A DNA stretch of 64,000 nt from a virus (taxonomy: Duplodnaviria > Caudoviricetes): positions 1-64,000 of IMG/VR virus record IMGVR_UViG_3300036805_000175; one strand, written 5' to 3'. The notes below the pieces were generated by a model. The model worked only from the letters and a program-made list of their open reading frames with translations, did not search any database and had not been told where the DNA came from. This document shows positions 1 to 8,093 of this stretch, piece after piece. The number at the start of each line of letters is the position of its first letter. Position 1 is the first letter of the stretch. A program made the position numbers and the translations under genes.

Positions 1-552
1 CCCCTCCGGGGTGGTGCTCAGGACGGACATGTTGAAGAACTTCTCAATCTGGTCGTCCTTCAGCGCCTCCCCCGCCGGGATCACCGGGGACACAAGGAAG
101 ACGTGCGTTTCCTTCGTGGTCTCGCTGGGTGAAGAGTAGAAGCTGCCGAGCGGCCGCACGCACCCCACCCCAGCCGGCGCGTAGCCCGTCTCCTCGGCCA
201 GCTCCCGCAGCGCAGCCACCTCCAGGTCCTCCCCCGGTGCGACCTCGCCAGCAGGGAACTCGAGGGTGTACCGGCGCAGGTTGCGCCGGTACTGGTACAC
301 CATGACCAGATCGCCGCTCTCCACGACCGGGATCGCCAGCACGCTCGCCGGGGTGTCGACGTAGCACCAGTCCACTTCCTCGCCGGCTGGCATCCGCAGC
401 CGCTCGCGGACGAACCGCTTCGGGCTGTCCAGCAGGACCTCGGTCTTCACGGTCTCCGCATCGGCCAGGGACACCGCATGCCCCCGCCACGCCGGGTTCG
501 TGACCCAGGTGATGCCGTCCCGGTGCTCCACGTCCTTCTCGGTGATGATCAC
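1..552 (-). CDS. NUDIX hydrolase (ADP-ribose pyrophosphatase-like; pSAM2 Pif-like context), 3' end beyond window edge
   Basis: Not in the ORF track. Manual translation from GTG at 552 (TAGTG overlap with upstream stop) gives MIITEKDV...LEFPAGEVAPGEDLEVAALRELAEETGY, a complete Nudix box. Confidence 0.9.
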   Translation of the reverse strand, partial: MIITEKDVEHRDGITWVTNPAWRGHAVSLADAETVKTEVLLDSPKRFVRERLRMPAGEEVDWCYVDTPASVLAIPVVESGDLVMVYQYRRNLRRYTLEFPAGEVAPGEDLEVAALRELAEETGYAPAGVGCVRPLGSFYSSPSETTKETHVFLVSPVIPAGEALKDDQIEKFFNMSVLSTTPEG

Positions 553-1346
553 TATGCAGCCTCCCTGGCAAGGTCCCACGCCGCCTCGAAGTGCCGCTCG
601 TAGCGGCCGAACATCCGCGGCGCCGAGCGGGCGGTCAGCTCGAACGTTGGTGAGTTGGCCCCCGGCGAGAACCGCAGGTACGGCGTGACCAGCATCCGGT
701 CATCACCCCGCACCACGCTCACCGTCGGGTGCATGTCGTAGGTGCGGATCTGCAGTCCCTCACACGCGGCCCGCATCTGGCCGAACCGGGCCAGCCCGGC
801 GCGGATGCGGGCCGCGAGCGTCCCGGCCGGGTTGCCCTCCGCCTCGTCGATCCCGGTGATGCCGGCCCAGGCCGGGTCCAGCAGCAGCACCCGGATCGCG
901 CATCCCGCCGCGGTTGCCGCGGCCATGACCGTGGGTGTCTCGTCGTCCTCGGCGTACCCGAGCTCGGCCATCCCGTACAGCCACAGGTGAGTCCTGGCGC
1001 CGGCGACGGCATCATTCCAGTGCTGGCGCGGGATCAGCCCCCGGTCAGCCCACGGGGTCACGCCCTCGGGGGGGTCGCGGTCATCAGTCTGGGTGGCGAC
1101 CGCCGCGGCGAGCACCACATCCCCCGGCGGGGTGCCTGTGCCCTGCTCCCACCGGGATACCGTGCCCGGCCGCACGTCCCATCCGAGCATGCCGCTCAGG
1201 TAGCCGGCGAATCCGGCCGGGTCCAGCCTGAGCTTCTCCCTGGCCGCCTTGACCTGGGCGCTGGCGAGCCGGCGGAAGTCCGGCCGGTAGCCGGGGTGCC
1301 GGGCGAGGCTGATGACCTCGTGCTGGGTGCTAGCCGGTCTGCTCAT
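552..1346 (-). CDS. XRE-type HTH fused to DUF5919-like (PLD-like) C-terminal domain
   Basis: N-term VKAAREKLRL...PGTVSRWEQG HTH; C-term IRVLLLDP...RGDDRMLVTPYL...SPTFEL...YERHFEAAWD. Start 1346 chosen for a GGAGG RBS (ORF track starts at 1376). Confidence 0.7.
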   Translation of the reverse strand: MSRPASTQHEVISLARHPGYRPDFRRLASAQVKAAREKLRLDPAGFAGYLSGMLGWDVRPGTVSRWEQGTGTPPGDVVLAAAVATQTDDRDPPEGVTPWADRGLIPRQHWNDAVAGARTHLWLYGMAELGYAEDDETPTVMAAATAAGCAIRVLLLDPAWAGITGIDEAEGNPAGTLAARIRAGLARFGQMRAACEGLQIRTYDMHPTVSVVRGDDRMLVTPYLRFSPGANSPTFELTARSAPRMFGRYERHFEAAWDLAREAA

Positions 1347-1734
1347 CGGGCGCCTCCGTGCGCTGCGGCTGCTCATAGCCCAGCCGCGAGTACAGCTCCA
1401 TCATGCGGGCGTCCAGGTCGCCCAGGCCGTCCCGGACTTCCTCCCGCAGTTCCTCAAGCTCGCCGCGCAGACTGGCTGTCTCGCCGCCCGTGCCCGCTTT
1501 GCCAGCCGGGGCAGCGGCGGTGACGAACGTGCCCTTGCCCTGCAGCGTCTCCACGAGCCCCTCGTCGGCGAGGACATTGAGCGCCGCCCGGACGGTGGCG
1601 ATTCCCACGTGATGCCGAGCCGCCAGATCCCGCAGCGATGACCCCACCTGGTCGCCCGGACGGAGGTGGCCTGCGGTGATGCTGTCGCGTATCGCGCCGG
1701 CCACCGCACGGTAGAGAAGCCGCCGTTCTGCCAT
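1330..1734 (-). CDS. GntR-family repressor (KorSA/KorA-like)
   Basis: LYRAVAGAIRDSITAGHLRPGDQVGSSLRDLAARHHVGIATVRAALNVLADEGLVETLQGKGTFV, a classic GntR wHTH, plus a short coiled C-terminus. Confidence 0.9.
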   Translation of the reverse strand: MAERRLLYRAVAGAIRDSITAGHLRPGDQVGSSLRDLAARHHVGIATVRAALNVLADEGLVETLQGKGTFVTAAAPAGKAGTGGETASLRGELEELREEVRDGLGDLDARMMELYSRLGYEQPQRTEAPDEQTG

Positions 1735-1750
1735 ATGGCCAGCATAGGGG

Positions 1751-1831
1751 TGACGGCACAGTCAGCAAAGCCGCCACTTAGGTACTTAGACATGCGGCAG
1801 TGTTGACAGTGCCGTAAGTGTAGGTAAGACT
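1751..1831. promoter_or_regulatory. Divergent promoter/operator region
   Basis: TGACGGCACAGTCA (1751-1764) and TGACAGTGCCGTAA (1804-1817) are inverted relative to each other (12/14 match). TTGACA at 1803-1808 overlaps the second site. Confidence 0.65.
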
Positions 1832-1840
1832 AGGCACCAG

Positions 1841-2068
1841 ATGACCGATCTGGACACCCGGAGCGACCCCTTGAGTGCATCGGCTGTAGCCGCACCAGAG
1901 CAGGACCGCAGGATGCTCCTGCCCATCGCTGAGGTTTCCGAGCTGACCGGCGTATCGGTGCACACCCTCAAGCGGCGCGCGCCGACGAAGCGGATCGGCA
2001 CCCTGTGGCTCATCCCCCGCTCCTGGGTGGAGCACATCACGTCGTGGCCCAGCGAGGCCGTCTCATGA
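1841..2068 (+). CDS. Small HTH (excisionase/Cro-like) DNA-binding protein
   Basis: MLLPIAEVSELTGVSVHTLKRRAPTKRIGTLWLIPRSWVE resembles the HTH_17/Xis fold; divergent from GntR. Confidence 0.7.
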   Translation: MTDLDTRSDPLSASAVAAPEQDRRMLLPIAEVSELTGVSVHTLKRRAPTKRIGTLWLIPRSWVEHITSWPSEAVS

Positions 2069-2155
2069 TCCCCCAGGCACGCAAAACGACCCCGGGTGCT
2101 GGAACACCCGAGGCCGCAGAAGTGATCGATCCATTCCCTAGCAAGGAGCGATCTG

Positions 2156-2356
2156 ATGGCAACCGTACCAACGACCCGCCGGCAAGTCACGCACCCCTTC
2201 GCCCGGCTCGCCGCGGTCCTGCTGCGCCGCCGCTACGCCGAGGGCGACCCGGCACCGTGCACCGACCACCCGCCGCGCCGGCTGATCGCCGACCCGCGCG
2301 AGCCGGCTGCGGTGGCCTGCCCGCGGGACGGCCGGCACTTCCCGGCCGCAGCCTGA
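2156..2356 (+). CDS. Hypothetical protein
   Basis: ORF with AAGGAG RBS, coupled to the next gene. Confidence 0.45.
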   Translation: MATVPTTRRQVTHPFARLAAVLLRRRYAEGDPAPCTDHPPRRLIADPREPAAVACPRDGRHFPAAA

Positions 2357-2499
2357 TGCCGCTGTGCCTGCTGTGCGCGGGCGACAGGACGTGCCCGGAC
2401 TTCCCGGGCGTGTCCTGCCTGCGCTGCGCTGGCCTGGGCACCGACCCTGACCCGGCCGTTCCCGCTGTCGAGGGGTTTACCCAGGCAGGTGCGTCATGA
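2356..2499 (+). CDS. Small CxxC...CxxC (DnaJ-like Zn-ribbon) protein
   Basis: MPLCLLCAGDRTC...CLRCAGLGTDP; TGATG/ATGA coupling. Confidence 0.45.
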   Translation: MPLCLLCAGDRTCPDFPGVSCLRCAGLGTDPDPAVPAVEGFTQAGAS

Positions 2500-2774
2500 G
2501 CGGCGTCCTGCGGCTCGCGTCCACGCCGGACTGGCGGGATGGCGCGGCCTGCCTCGGGATGGACCAGGCCATCTTCTTCCCCGAGCTCGGCGCCAACCCG
2601 AACGCGGCCAAGCGCATCTGCGGGACCTGCACCGAGCGGGCGGCCTGCCTGGAGTTCGCCCTGTCCGTTGAGGCCCGCGGCCTGTCGCAAGGAAGGCCGC
2701 ACGGTGTCTACGGCGGCCTGTCCCCCACCGAGCGCCTGCCCCTGCTGCGCGAGTTGTGGGCGCGTGCCGCATGA
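2496..2774 (+). CDS. whiB: WhiB-family Fe-S transcription factor
   Basis: WRDGAAC...FFPE...AKRICGTC...ACLEFAL...GVYGGLSPTER. Confidence 0.92.
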   Translation: MSGVLRLASTPDWRDGAACLGMDQAIFFPELGANPNAAKRICGTCTERAACLEFALSVEARGLSQGRPHGVYGGLSPTERLPLLRELWARAA

Positions 2775-2976
2775 ACCCCACAGACGGCCGGCAGGCATCC
2801 GTCCTCACGCTGGCTGGCGCATCCGCGCCCGGCCCGCGCTGCGGGTGCCTGCTGGTCCAGAACGTCCCTGCGCACACCCGGGCCCTGGTGCAGGGGCAGC
2901 GGGCAGGCGCGATGAGTCACGGCCCCCGCGTGACCCGCGCCTGCCCGCCCAGGCCATCAGCGACGAGGAGCACCGC

Positions 2977-3183
2977 GTGATCGAAGCAGCCAGCAAGACC
3001 GCCCACCACCTGTCCATGACGCAGAGCGAGTGGGTGGCCAAGGTGTTCCTCGCCCTGGTGTTCCTCGCCGTGATCTGGGTGGTCTGGCGCGGCATCAAGC
3101 GCGCCCTGGGTGGCGGCAGTGCCACCTCCGGCCGCCGTTCCGCCTCCGGCCGCCGCGGCTCGTCCTACTCGTCCTGGCGCTGA
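2977..3183 (+). CDS. Small single-pass membrane protein (Spd-like)
   Basis: GAGGAG RBS, GTG start, hydrophobic VFLALVFLAVIWVVW followed by a basic tail. Confidence 0.55.
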   Translation: MIEAASKTAHHLSMTQSEWVAKVFLALVFLAVIWVVWRGIKRALGGGSATSGRRSASGRRGSSYSSWR

Positions 3184-3190
3184 GCCCCCC

Positions 3191-3721
3191 ATGGCCCACT
3201 ACCCGCCGATGAGCACCCGGCAGAAGGCCGCCCGCGCCGTTGCCGCCGGGGTGATGCTCGCTGCGTTCGCCCAGGCCGGCCACGCGCATGCGTCGGACAG
3301 CAGCGGGAGCGGCGGGAGCCACAAGACCAGCGCAGCGGCGCAGCGGGCCATCGCCTACGCGAAGGCGCAGCTCGGCAAGCCCTACGTCTGGGGTGGCACT
3401 GGGCCGGATGGGTTCGACTGCTCGGGGCTGACCGAGATGGCCTGGTCCGCGGCGGGTGTGAGTATCCCCCGCACGAGCGAGAAGCAGTGGGCCGGCCTGC
3501 GGCACGTACCGGCCAGCCAGCGCCGCCCAGGCGACCTGGTGTTCTTCGCTGGCGTCGATGGCACGTCCACGGCTCCTGGTCACGTCGGCCTCGTCATCGG
3601 CAAGCACAGCATGGTCGAGGCGTACGGCACCGGCTACCCGGTCCGCATCTCCCAGTACGGCACCGCGGCGTCCGCGCCCGGCGACGGCGACCCGGTCGGC
3701 TTCGCGGAGGTGCGCTCGTGA
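3191..3721 (+). CDS. Secreted NlpC/P60 cell-wall peptidase
   Basis: Signal peptide; AQLGKPYVWGGTGPDGFDCSGL, PGDLVFF, GHVGLVIG. Confidence 0.92.
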   Translation: MAHYPPMSTRQKAARAVAAGVMLAAFAQAGHAHASDSSGSGGSHKTSAAAQRAIAYAKAQLGKPYVWGGTGPDGFDCSGLTEMAWSAAGVSIPRTSEKQWAGLRHVPASQRRPGDLVFFAGVDGTSTAPGHVGLVIGKHSMVEAYGTGYPVRISQYGTAASAPGDGDPVGFAEVRS

Positions 3722-3936
3722 CCGCCGTCTGGCTCGCCGTGGCCGCCGCCGTGCTGTTCGTGCTGGCGTGGCCCAGGCACCGCCGTCCCACCGCCTATGC
3801 CCCGCCACCGGGCCCGCGGATGGCTGTCCGCTGCCCAGACTGCGGGCACGCCAATCCCGTACCTGGGCACAGGTTCCCCCGGGCCGGCACCTGCGGGCGC
3901 TGCGGCCACGGGTGGTCGACGGTGAGGACGCGCTGA
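3718..3936 (+). CDS. Small membrane protein with Zn-ribbon
   Basis: N-terminal TM segment; CPDCG...CGRCG. Confidence 0.5.
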   Translation: MTAVWLAVAAAVLFVLAWPRHRRPTAYAPPPGPRMAVRCPDCGHANPVPGHRFPRAGTCGRCGHGWSTVRTR

Positions 3937-4055
3937 TGGCCGCGGCAGGGTGGTGGGCGCAGCACGGGCCGCCCCTGGTAACCGGCGTGACGCTGTACGC
4001 CCTCATCGTCCTGATAGCGGTCGTGCTGCGTGTCAGGGGACGGTGGCATCGGTGA
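3936..4055 (+). CDS. Small membrane peptide
   Basis: TGATG coupling; LVTGVTLYALIVLIAVVL. Confidence 0.45.
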   Translation: MAAAGWWAQHGPPLVTGVTLYALIVLIAVVLRVRGRWHR

Positions 4056-4576
4056 GCCGCCCCCGCAGCCAGGCGATCAGCGGCCGGGAAGCCAAGATGG
4101 CCGCTGCCGTCGGCGTGCTCCTGGCCGTGCTCGCCAGCCACAGCGCGCACGCGGGCACCGGCCACCGCACACACGCCGCTGCGGGCATGGCGATCCCGGG
4201 CAGTCCTTCGGGCGGCTACACCCCGTCGAGCTGGGCGCACGCCATGCTGACCACCGCGGACCTGCCCCATACGCGCTGTAACCTCGCTGCGGTCACGTCC
4301 TGGGAGCGTGCCGAGGGTGGTAACTGGGCTAACACCGCCAAGGCGAACCCACTCAACACGACCATGCCCGAGCCCGGCTCCTGGGTGGTCAACAGCGACG
4401 GCGTGCGGGCCTACCCGTCATGGCGCACGGGCCTGCGGGCCACGGTCGCGACGCTCCGCAACGGCCGGTACTCCGGCGTCCTGGCCGCGCTGCACGCCGG
4501 GCACGACGCCCAGGCTGTCGCTGATGCCGTGGGGTCTTCGCCGTGGGGTACGGGCGGATTCGGGGCGAGCTGCTGA
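4052..4576 (+). CDS. Secreted putative lysozyme-like/transglycosylase cell-wall hydrolase
   Basis: Signal peptide; AVTSWERAEGG...NPLNTT...GVRAYPSWRTGLRATVATL...YSGVLAAL...SPWG, a motif set seen in actinobacterial phage muralytic domains. Confidence 0.55.
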   Translation: MSRPRSQAISGREAKMAAAVGVLLAVLASHSAHAGTGHRTHAAAGMAIPGSPSGGYTPSSWAHAMLTTADLPHTRCNLAAVTSWERAEGGNWANTAKANPLNTTMPEPGSWVVNSDGVRAYPSWRTGLRATVATLRNGRYSGVLAALHAGHDAQAVADAVGSSPWGTGGFGASC

Positions 4577-4869
4577 TGCGCTACCTCGCCGCCATCATCA
4601 TCGGTGCGCTGCTGAGCGCCCTCGTGGTGGGCCTGCTCGGCAGCCTCGGCCCGGTCACCGGCCTGCCGCACCTGCCCCACGGGCTGTGGGCGGACTACCT
4701 GGCGCTTGGCGGCGCGGCCGGGCTGGGTGTGATGGCCGTCTACGGCATCACGGCGTTCTTCATGAGCCTGTGCCTGCTGGTGGCCCAGTGGTGTGGCCGT
4801 CGCGTTCCCACCGCCGGGCCCGAGCCCGCACCGGAACCGCAGAAGGAGGAGTCGTGGGTGCCATTCTGA
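4576..4869 (+). CDS. Two-TM membrane protein (Spd-like)
   Basis: Two hydrophobic segments; coupled to neighbours. Confidence 0.55.
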   Translation: MRYLAAIIIGALLSALVVGLLGSLGPVTGLPHLPHGLWADYLALGGAAGLGVMAVYGITAFFMSLCLLVAQWCGRRVPTAGPEPAPEPQKEESWVPF

Positions 4870-5732
4870 CCGCCGCCGGGTGGGTGTTCCTGCCCGCACT
4901 GGCCGCGCTGGCCGCGCTGCTCGGCCACCAGGCGCTCGCCAAGGACCGGGATCACACCGAACTGGCCGCGACGGCGGCACTGATCACCACGTGCGGCGGC
5001 GTGTGCATCTGCGGTGTCCTCGGGCTGCTGCCGGGCATTCTCGCGATCATCCTCGCCGCTGGCGCGTTCATCGCCGCTGCGGTGCTGTCGGTGGACATGG
5101 TGCGCAAGGTCAGCGACCCGCACCCGGAGGCCAAGGTGCTCGGCGGCCTGGCGCTGGTGAGCTGGCTCGTGGTGCGGGACGCGTTCACGCGCGGACGGAA
5201 GGCGGCCGGGAAGCGCCGGCGGCCACCCGACGAGCTGGCACCGCGCCGCAAGCCGAAGACAGCGGATTCGCCAGCGCCGCCGAAGCGGCCCGATGTGCGT
5301 GCGGTCCCAGACCCGCGCCCGGCACCACCGCCGCGCAGTGCCCCGGCGCTGACCTCCGGGCCGCTGCCACGGGCTGTCGCGGAGGGCCGCGTCTCGCAGG
5401 CTTGGGCGCAGGTCATCTCCGGTATCGCGGACTTCGAGGCGGGCAGCGACGCGGAGTTCCTGGCCCACTGGCAGGAAACGGCGACCGGCATGGTCCACGT
5501 GGCCGACGCCATTATCGACCAGGCCGAGTACCACGCCGAGGAGGTCGGCCTGGCCCCGGTCATCGTCACCGCGATGTTCGACGGCTCCGAACTGGCCAGC
5601 GAGACCTCGTCCGGGTTTGCCGCAGTTCGTGAGCGGCTGCTTGAGGCATACCAGGGTGCCCGCGGCGACGCCGCAGCCGGCCATGACCTGCCGAAGGATG
5701 GACGCTGGGTCACCGGCGAGGATGCCGGATGA
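4854..5732 (+). CDS. Multi-pass membrane protein with acidic C-terminal helical domain (transfer accessory)
   Basis: GTG start after AGGAGG; about 4 N-terminal TM segments; ATGA overlap with traB. Confidence 0.6.
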   Translation: MGAILTAAGWVFLPALAALAALLGHQALAKDRDHTELAATAALITTCGGVCICGVLGLLPGILAIILAAGAFIAAAVLSVDMVRKVSDPHPEAKVLGGLALVSWLVVRDAFTRGRKAAGKRRRPPDELAPRRKPKTADSPAPPKRPDVRAVPDPRPAPPPRSAPALTSGPLPRAVAEGRVSQAWAQVISGIADFEAGSDAEFLAHWQETATGMVHVADAIIDQAEYHAEEVGLAPVIVTAMFDGSELASETSSGFAAVRERLLEAYQGARGDAAAGHDLPKDGRWVTGEDAG

Positions 5733-7894
5733 CGCCGCAGCCGCAGGATGAACTGGACGCCTGGCAGGCCGCAGGGCCGCAGTCCCGGCCGGAGTCCTCG
5801 AGCGCCTGGGCCTGGATGAAGCGCGCGCCCGTCGAAAGGCTCACCCTGCCCGTGGCCGGGGCTACCTGGCTCGCGGCGGACATCCTGCACGCCGTCGCCG
5901 TCAGCCCGCTCATTCCCGTCGCCGCGGCACTGCTGGCCGCACGCATTGGCTACAAGCGGGTGGGCCGCCACGTGAAGCGCATGGCCGCGCATCAGGGCCA
6001 CGAACCGGAGCGCAACTACCCCGCCGATACGGCGGCTGCCATCGGTGCTGCGGGCGGCTGGCTGGCCGCGGCGACCGCCTGGGGACCTGGCGGCATCCTT
6101 GGCTACGTGTGGCTGGGCGTCTCGTTCAGCGGGTACCTGTGGCTGCGGTTCTGGCATCCCGGCGTGCAGCACGCCCGGACGTGGCGGGCCCGGCGCCGGG
6201 CATGGACGGGTGGCGAGGCGCACTCGCTCGGCCTGCACGGCTCCCACATCACCCACTACAAGGAGACCAGGCTGGGCGAGTGGTTCCGGCTCGACGTCAC
6301 CGGAACGGGCCGGATGTCATCCTCACTGGCCGGGCGGCACACGGCCGAGCGGATCGCCCAGCGGCGGCGCCTGCCCGTCTCGCGGGTGCTCGTCACCCAG
6401 GGTGCCATCGCCGGAGACCTGGAGGTGTCCATCCGCGACCGCGACCCCTGGCACGAGCAGCGCCCGCACCCGCTGCTCGACCCGGACCCGCAGATCCCGC
6501 TCACCGTGGGCGGTTCCATCCTCGACCCCGCCGTGTTCGGTGCCGACCCGGAAGAAGGCCACCCGCTGGACCTGGCGCTGTTCGACCGGGACCTCGGCGC
6601 CCGGCGCATCCTGGTCATGGGCACGCCCGGCTACGCGGGCAAAACCGTGCTAATGAACTGTTTCCGCGAGCGGGTGACCGCTGCGGCCGACGCAGTGATG
6701 GTCAGCATCAACCTGTCCAAGGGCATCGAGGACCGCGCCTGGGCACCCGCCTGCCACCTGACCGCCATCGGCGCCCAGCAGGCCGGCCGCGCACAGCAGA
6801 TCATGGACCTGCTGGTGGCCGTCATCGACATCCGGCCCACCCTCCGCAGTCATGCGGTGTTCCGCCCCGGCACCGATGGCCCGGCGATCGTGCTGTTTCT
6901 GGACGAGGCCGACGTGGCCACCCCGCACATCAAGCAGCAGCTGCGGGACGTGCTGTCGAAGGGCCGCAGCGAGGGCATCACGGTCATCCTCGCCGCTCAG
7001 CGCGCCTATGGCGGGTGGATCGGCGGCCGGGACACCCGCTCCCTCGTGGACGCCGTCTGTGCCGGCACGGTCACCCGCACCCGGGAGACTGACCTCGCGG
7101 CCGGCTCGCTCGCTCACCTGCTGCCGGACATGACCGCCTACGGCGAGGGTTCCCCCGGCGTGTGGGGCATCGCCGAGATTACCGGCCGCACCCAGCGTGG
7201 CCGCTCGTTCCCGCTCACGGACCTGGACGACTCGCGCCGGTTCGCCCACGACCGGGCCCGCTCCCAGCCGGTGCTCGAGCCCGCTCTCGTGGCCGCGCTC
7301 CGGGAGCGCCTGGGTGACCTCTACGACGGCCTGCTCGGCTCGGACGCGTTTGCCGCATGGGCCGCAAGTTACCCGCCAGTAACCAGTGATGGTGAGCCCG
7401 CAGAAGTGCCCGCGCCCGGGACCACGCTGGCCCCTCCCCCGGACGGCATGCACACTGAGGAGCGCGAGACCGCCCGTGCTGCCACCGACGACCTGGAGGC
7501 GTGGCCCGTGCATGACGACCAGTTCCCCGCCACACCCGCGGACCGCCGCGCCATGCTCCGCAGCAGGATCGAGAACGCGAAGGCGGCGAACGCGCGCGCC
7601 GACGCCATCCAGGCCCAGATCGAGGCCGACGACCCGGCACAGGTGCGCGCGGCGTTCGACCGCGCCTGGGAGAAGCAGAAGGCCAGCACTCCGTTCCCTG
7701 AAGGAACCCGCAAGCGGCTGCTGGAACTGCTCGCTGACGGCACCACCAGCAGGCAGGCCGCCGCCGACCTCGGCGTGCCAGCCTCCCGGGCCCTCACCTG
7801 GCTGCACCGGCTCAGGGACGACCGGCTCGCCCGGCTCGAGGGCAAAGGCCGCGGCTCACGCTGGGTCGCCGCCGAGGATGGTGACGCAGCGTAG
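5729..7894 (+). CDS. TraB/TraSA-like FtsK/SpoIIIE-family conjugative DNA translocase
   Basis: N-terminal TM segments; P-loop ILVMGTPGYAGKT; Walker B IVLFLDEAD; LSKGRSEGITVILAAQR; C-terminal winged helix (TTSRQAAADLG...WLHRLRDDRLARLEGKGRGSRW). Confidence 0.82.
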   Translation: MTPQPQDELDAWQAAGPQSRPESSSAWAWMKRAPVERLTLPVAGATWLAADILHAVAVSPLIPVAAALLAARIGYKRVGRHVKRMAAHQGHEPERNYPADTAAAIGAAGGWLAAATAWGPGGILGYVWLGVSFSGYLWLRFWHPGVQHARTWRARRRAWTGGEAHSLGLHGSHITHYKETRLGEWFRLDVTGTGRMSSSLAGRHTAERIAQRRRLPVSRVLVTQGAIAGDLEVSIRDRDPWHEQRPHPLLDPDPQIPLTVGGSILDPAVFGADPEEGHPLDLALFDRDLGARRILVMGTPGYAGKTVLMNCFRERVTAAADAVMVSINLSKGIEDRAWAPACHLTAIGAQQAGRAQQIMDLLVAVIDIRPTLRSHAVFRPGTDGPAIVLFLDEADVATPHIKQQLRDVLSKGRSEGITVILAAQRAYGGWIGGRDTRSLVDAVCAGTVTRTRETDLAAGSLAHLLPDMTAYGEGSPGVWGIAEITGRTQRGRSFPLTDLDDSRRFAHDRARSQPVLEPALVAALRERLGDLYDGLLGSDAFAAWAASYPPVTSDGEPAEVPAPGTTLAPPPDGMHTEERETARAATDDLEAWPVHDDQFPATPADRRAMLRSRIENAKAANARADAIQAQIEADDPAQVRAAFDRAWEKQKASTPFPEGTRKRLLELLADGTTSRQAAADLGVPASRALTWLHRLRDDRLARLEGKGRGSRWVAAEDGDAA

Positions 7895-7899
7895 ACCCT

Positions 7900-8004
7900 A
7901 ATTGCGTGGGGGTGAATTGAATTGCTGAATTGCGTGACCTGCTACGACGGGGGCGCAACGCGCGCCCGTACGCGCGAGGGCGAAGCGATTCACGCCACGC
8001 AATT
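7900..8004. repeat. AATTG(CGTG) direct/inverted repeats immediately after traB
   Basis: AATTGCGTG at 7900-7908 and 7928-7936, AATTG at 7915 and 7920, inverted CACGCAATT at 7996-8004. Confidence 0.6.
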
Positions 8005-8093
8005 ACAGGTTACCCACAGTCACCGGGGGAGGGGAGCGCGTGTCGTGGACGGGAAACCCGGCAGCAGCGAGACGGGAAGTGGAGGATGAGGAG

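Noticed and set aside
5729-7894. Type IV secretion/VirD4 coupling protein or type VII EccC
   Set aside because: Single ATPase domain with C-terminal wHTH; no relaxase, VirB4 or WXG100 genes in the window; fits the TraB class better.
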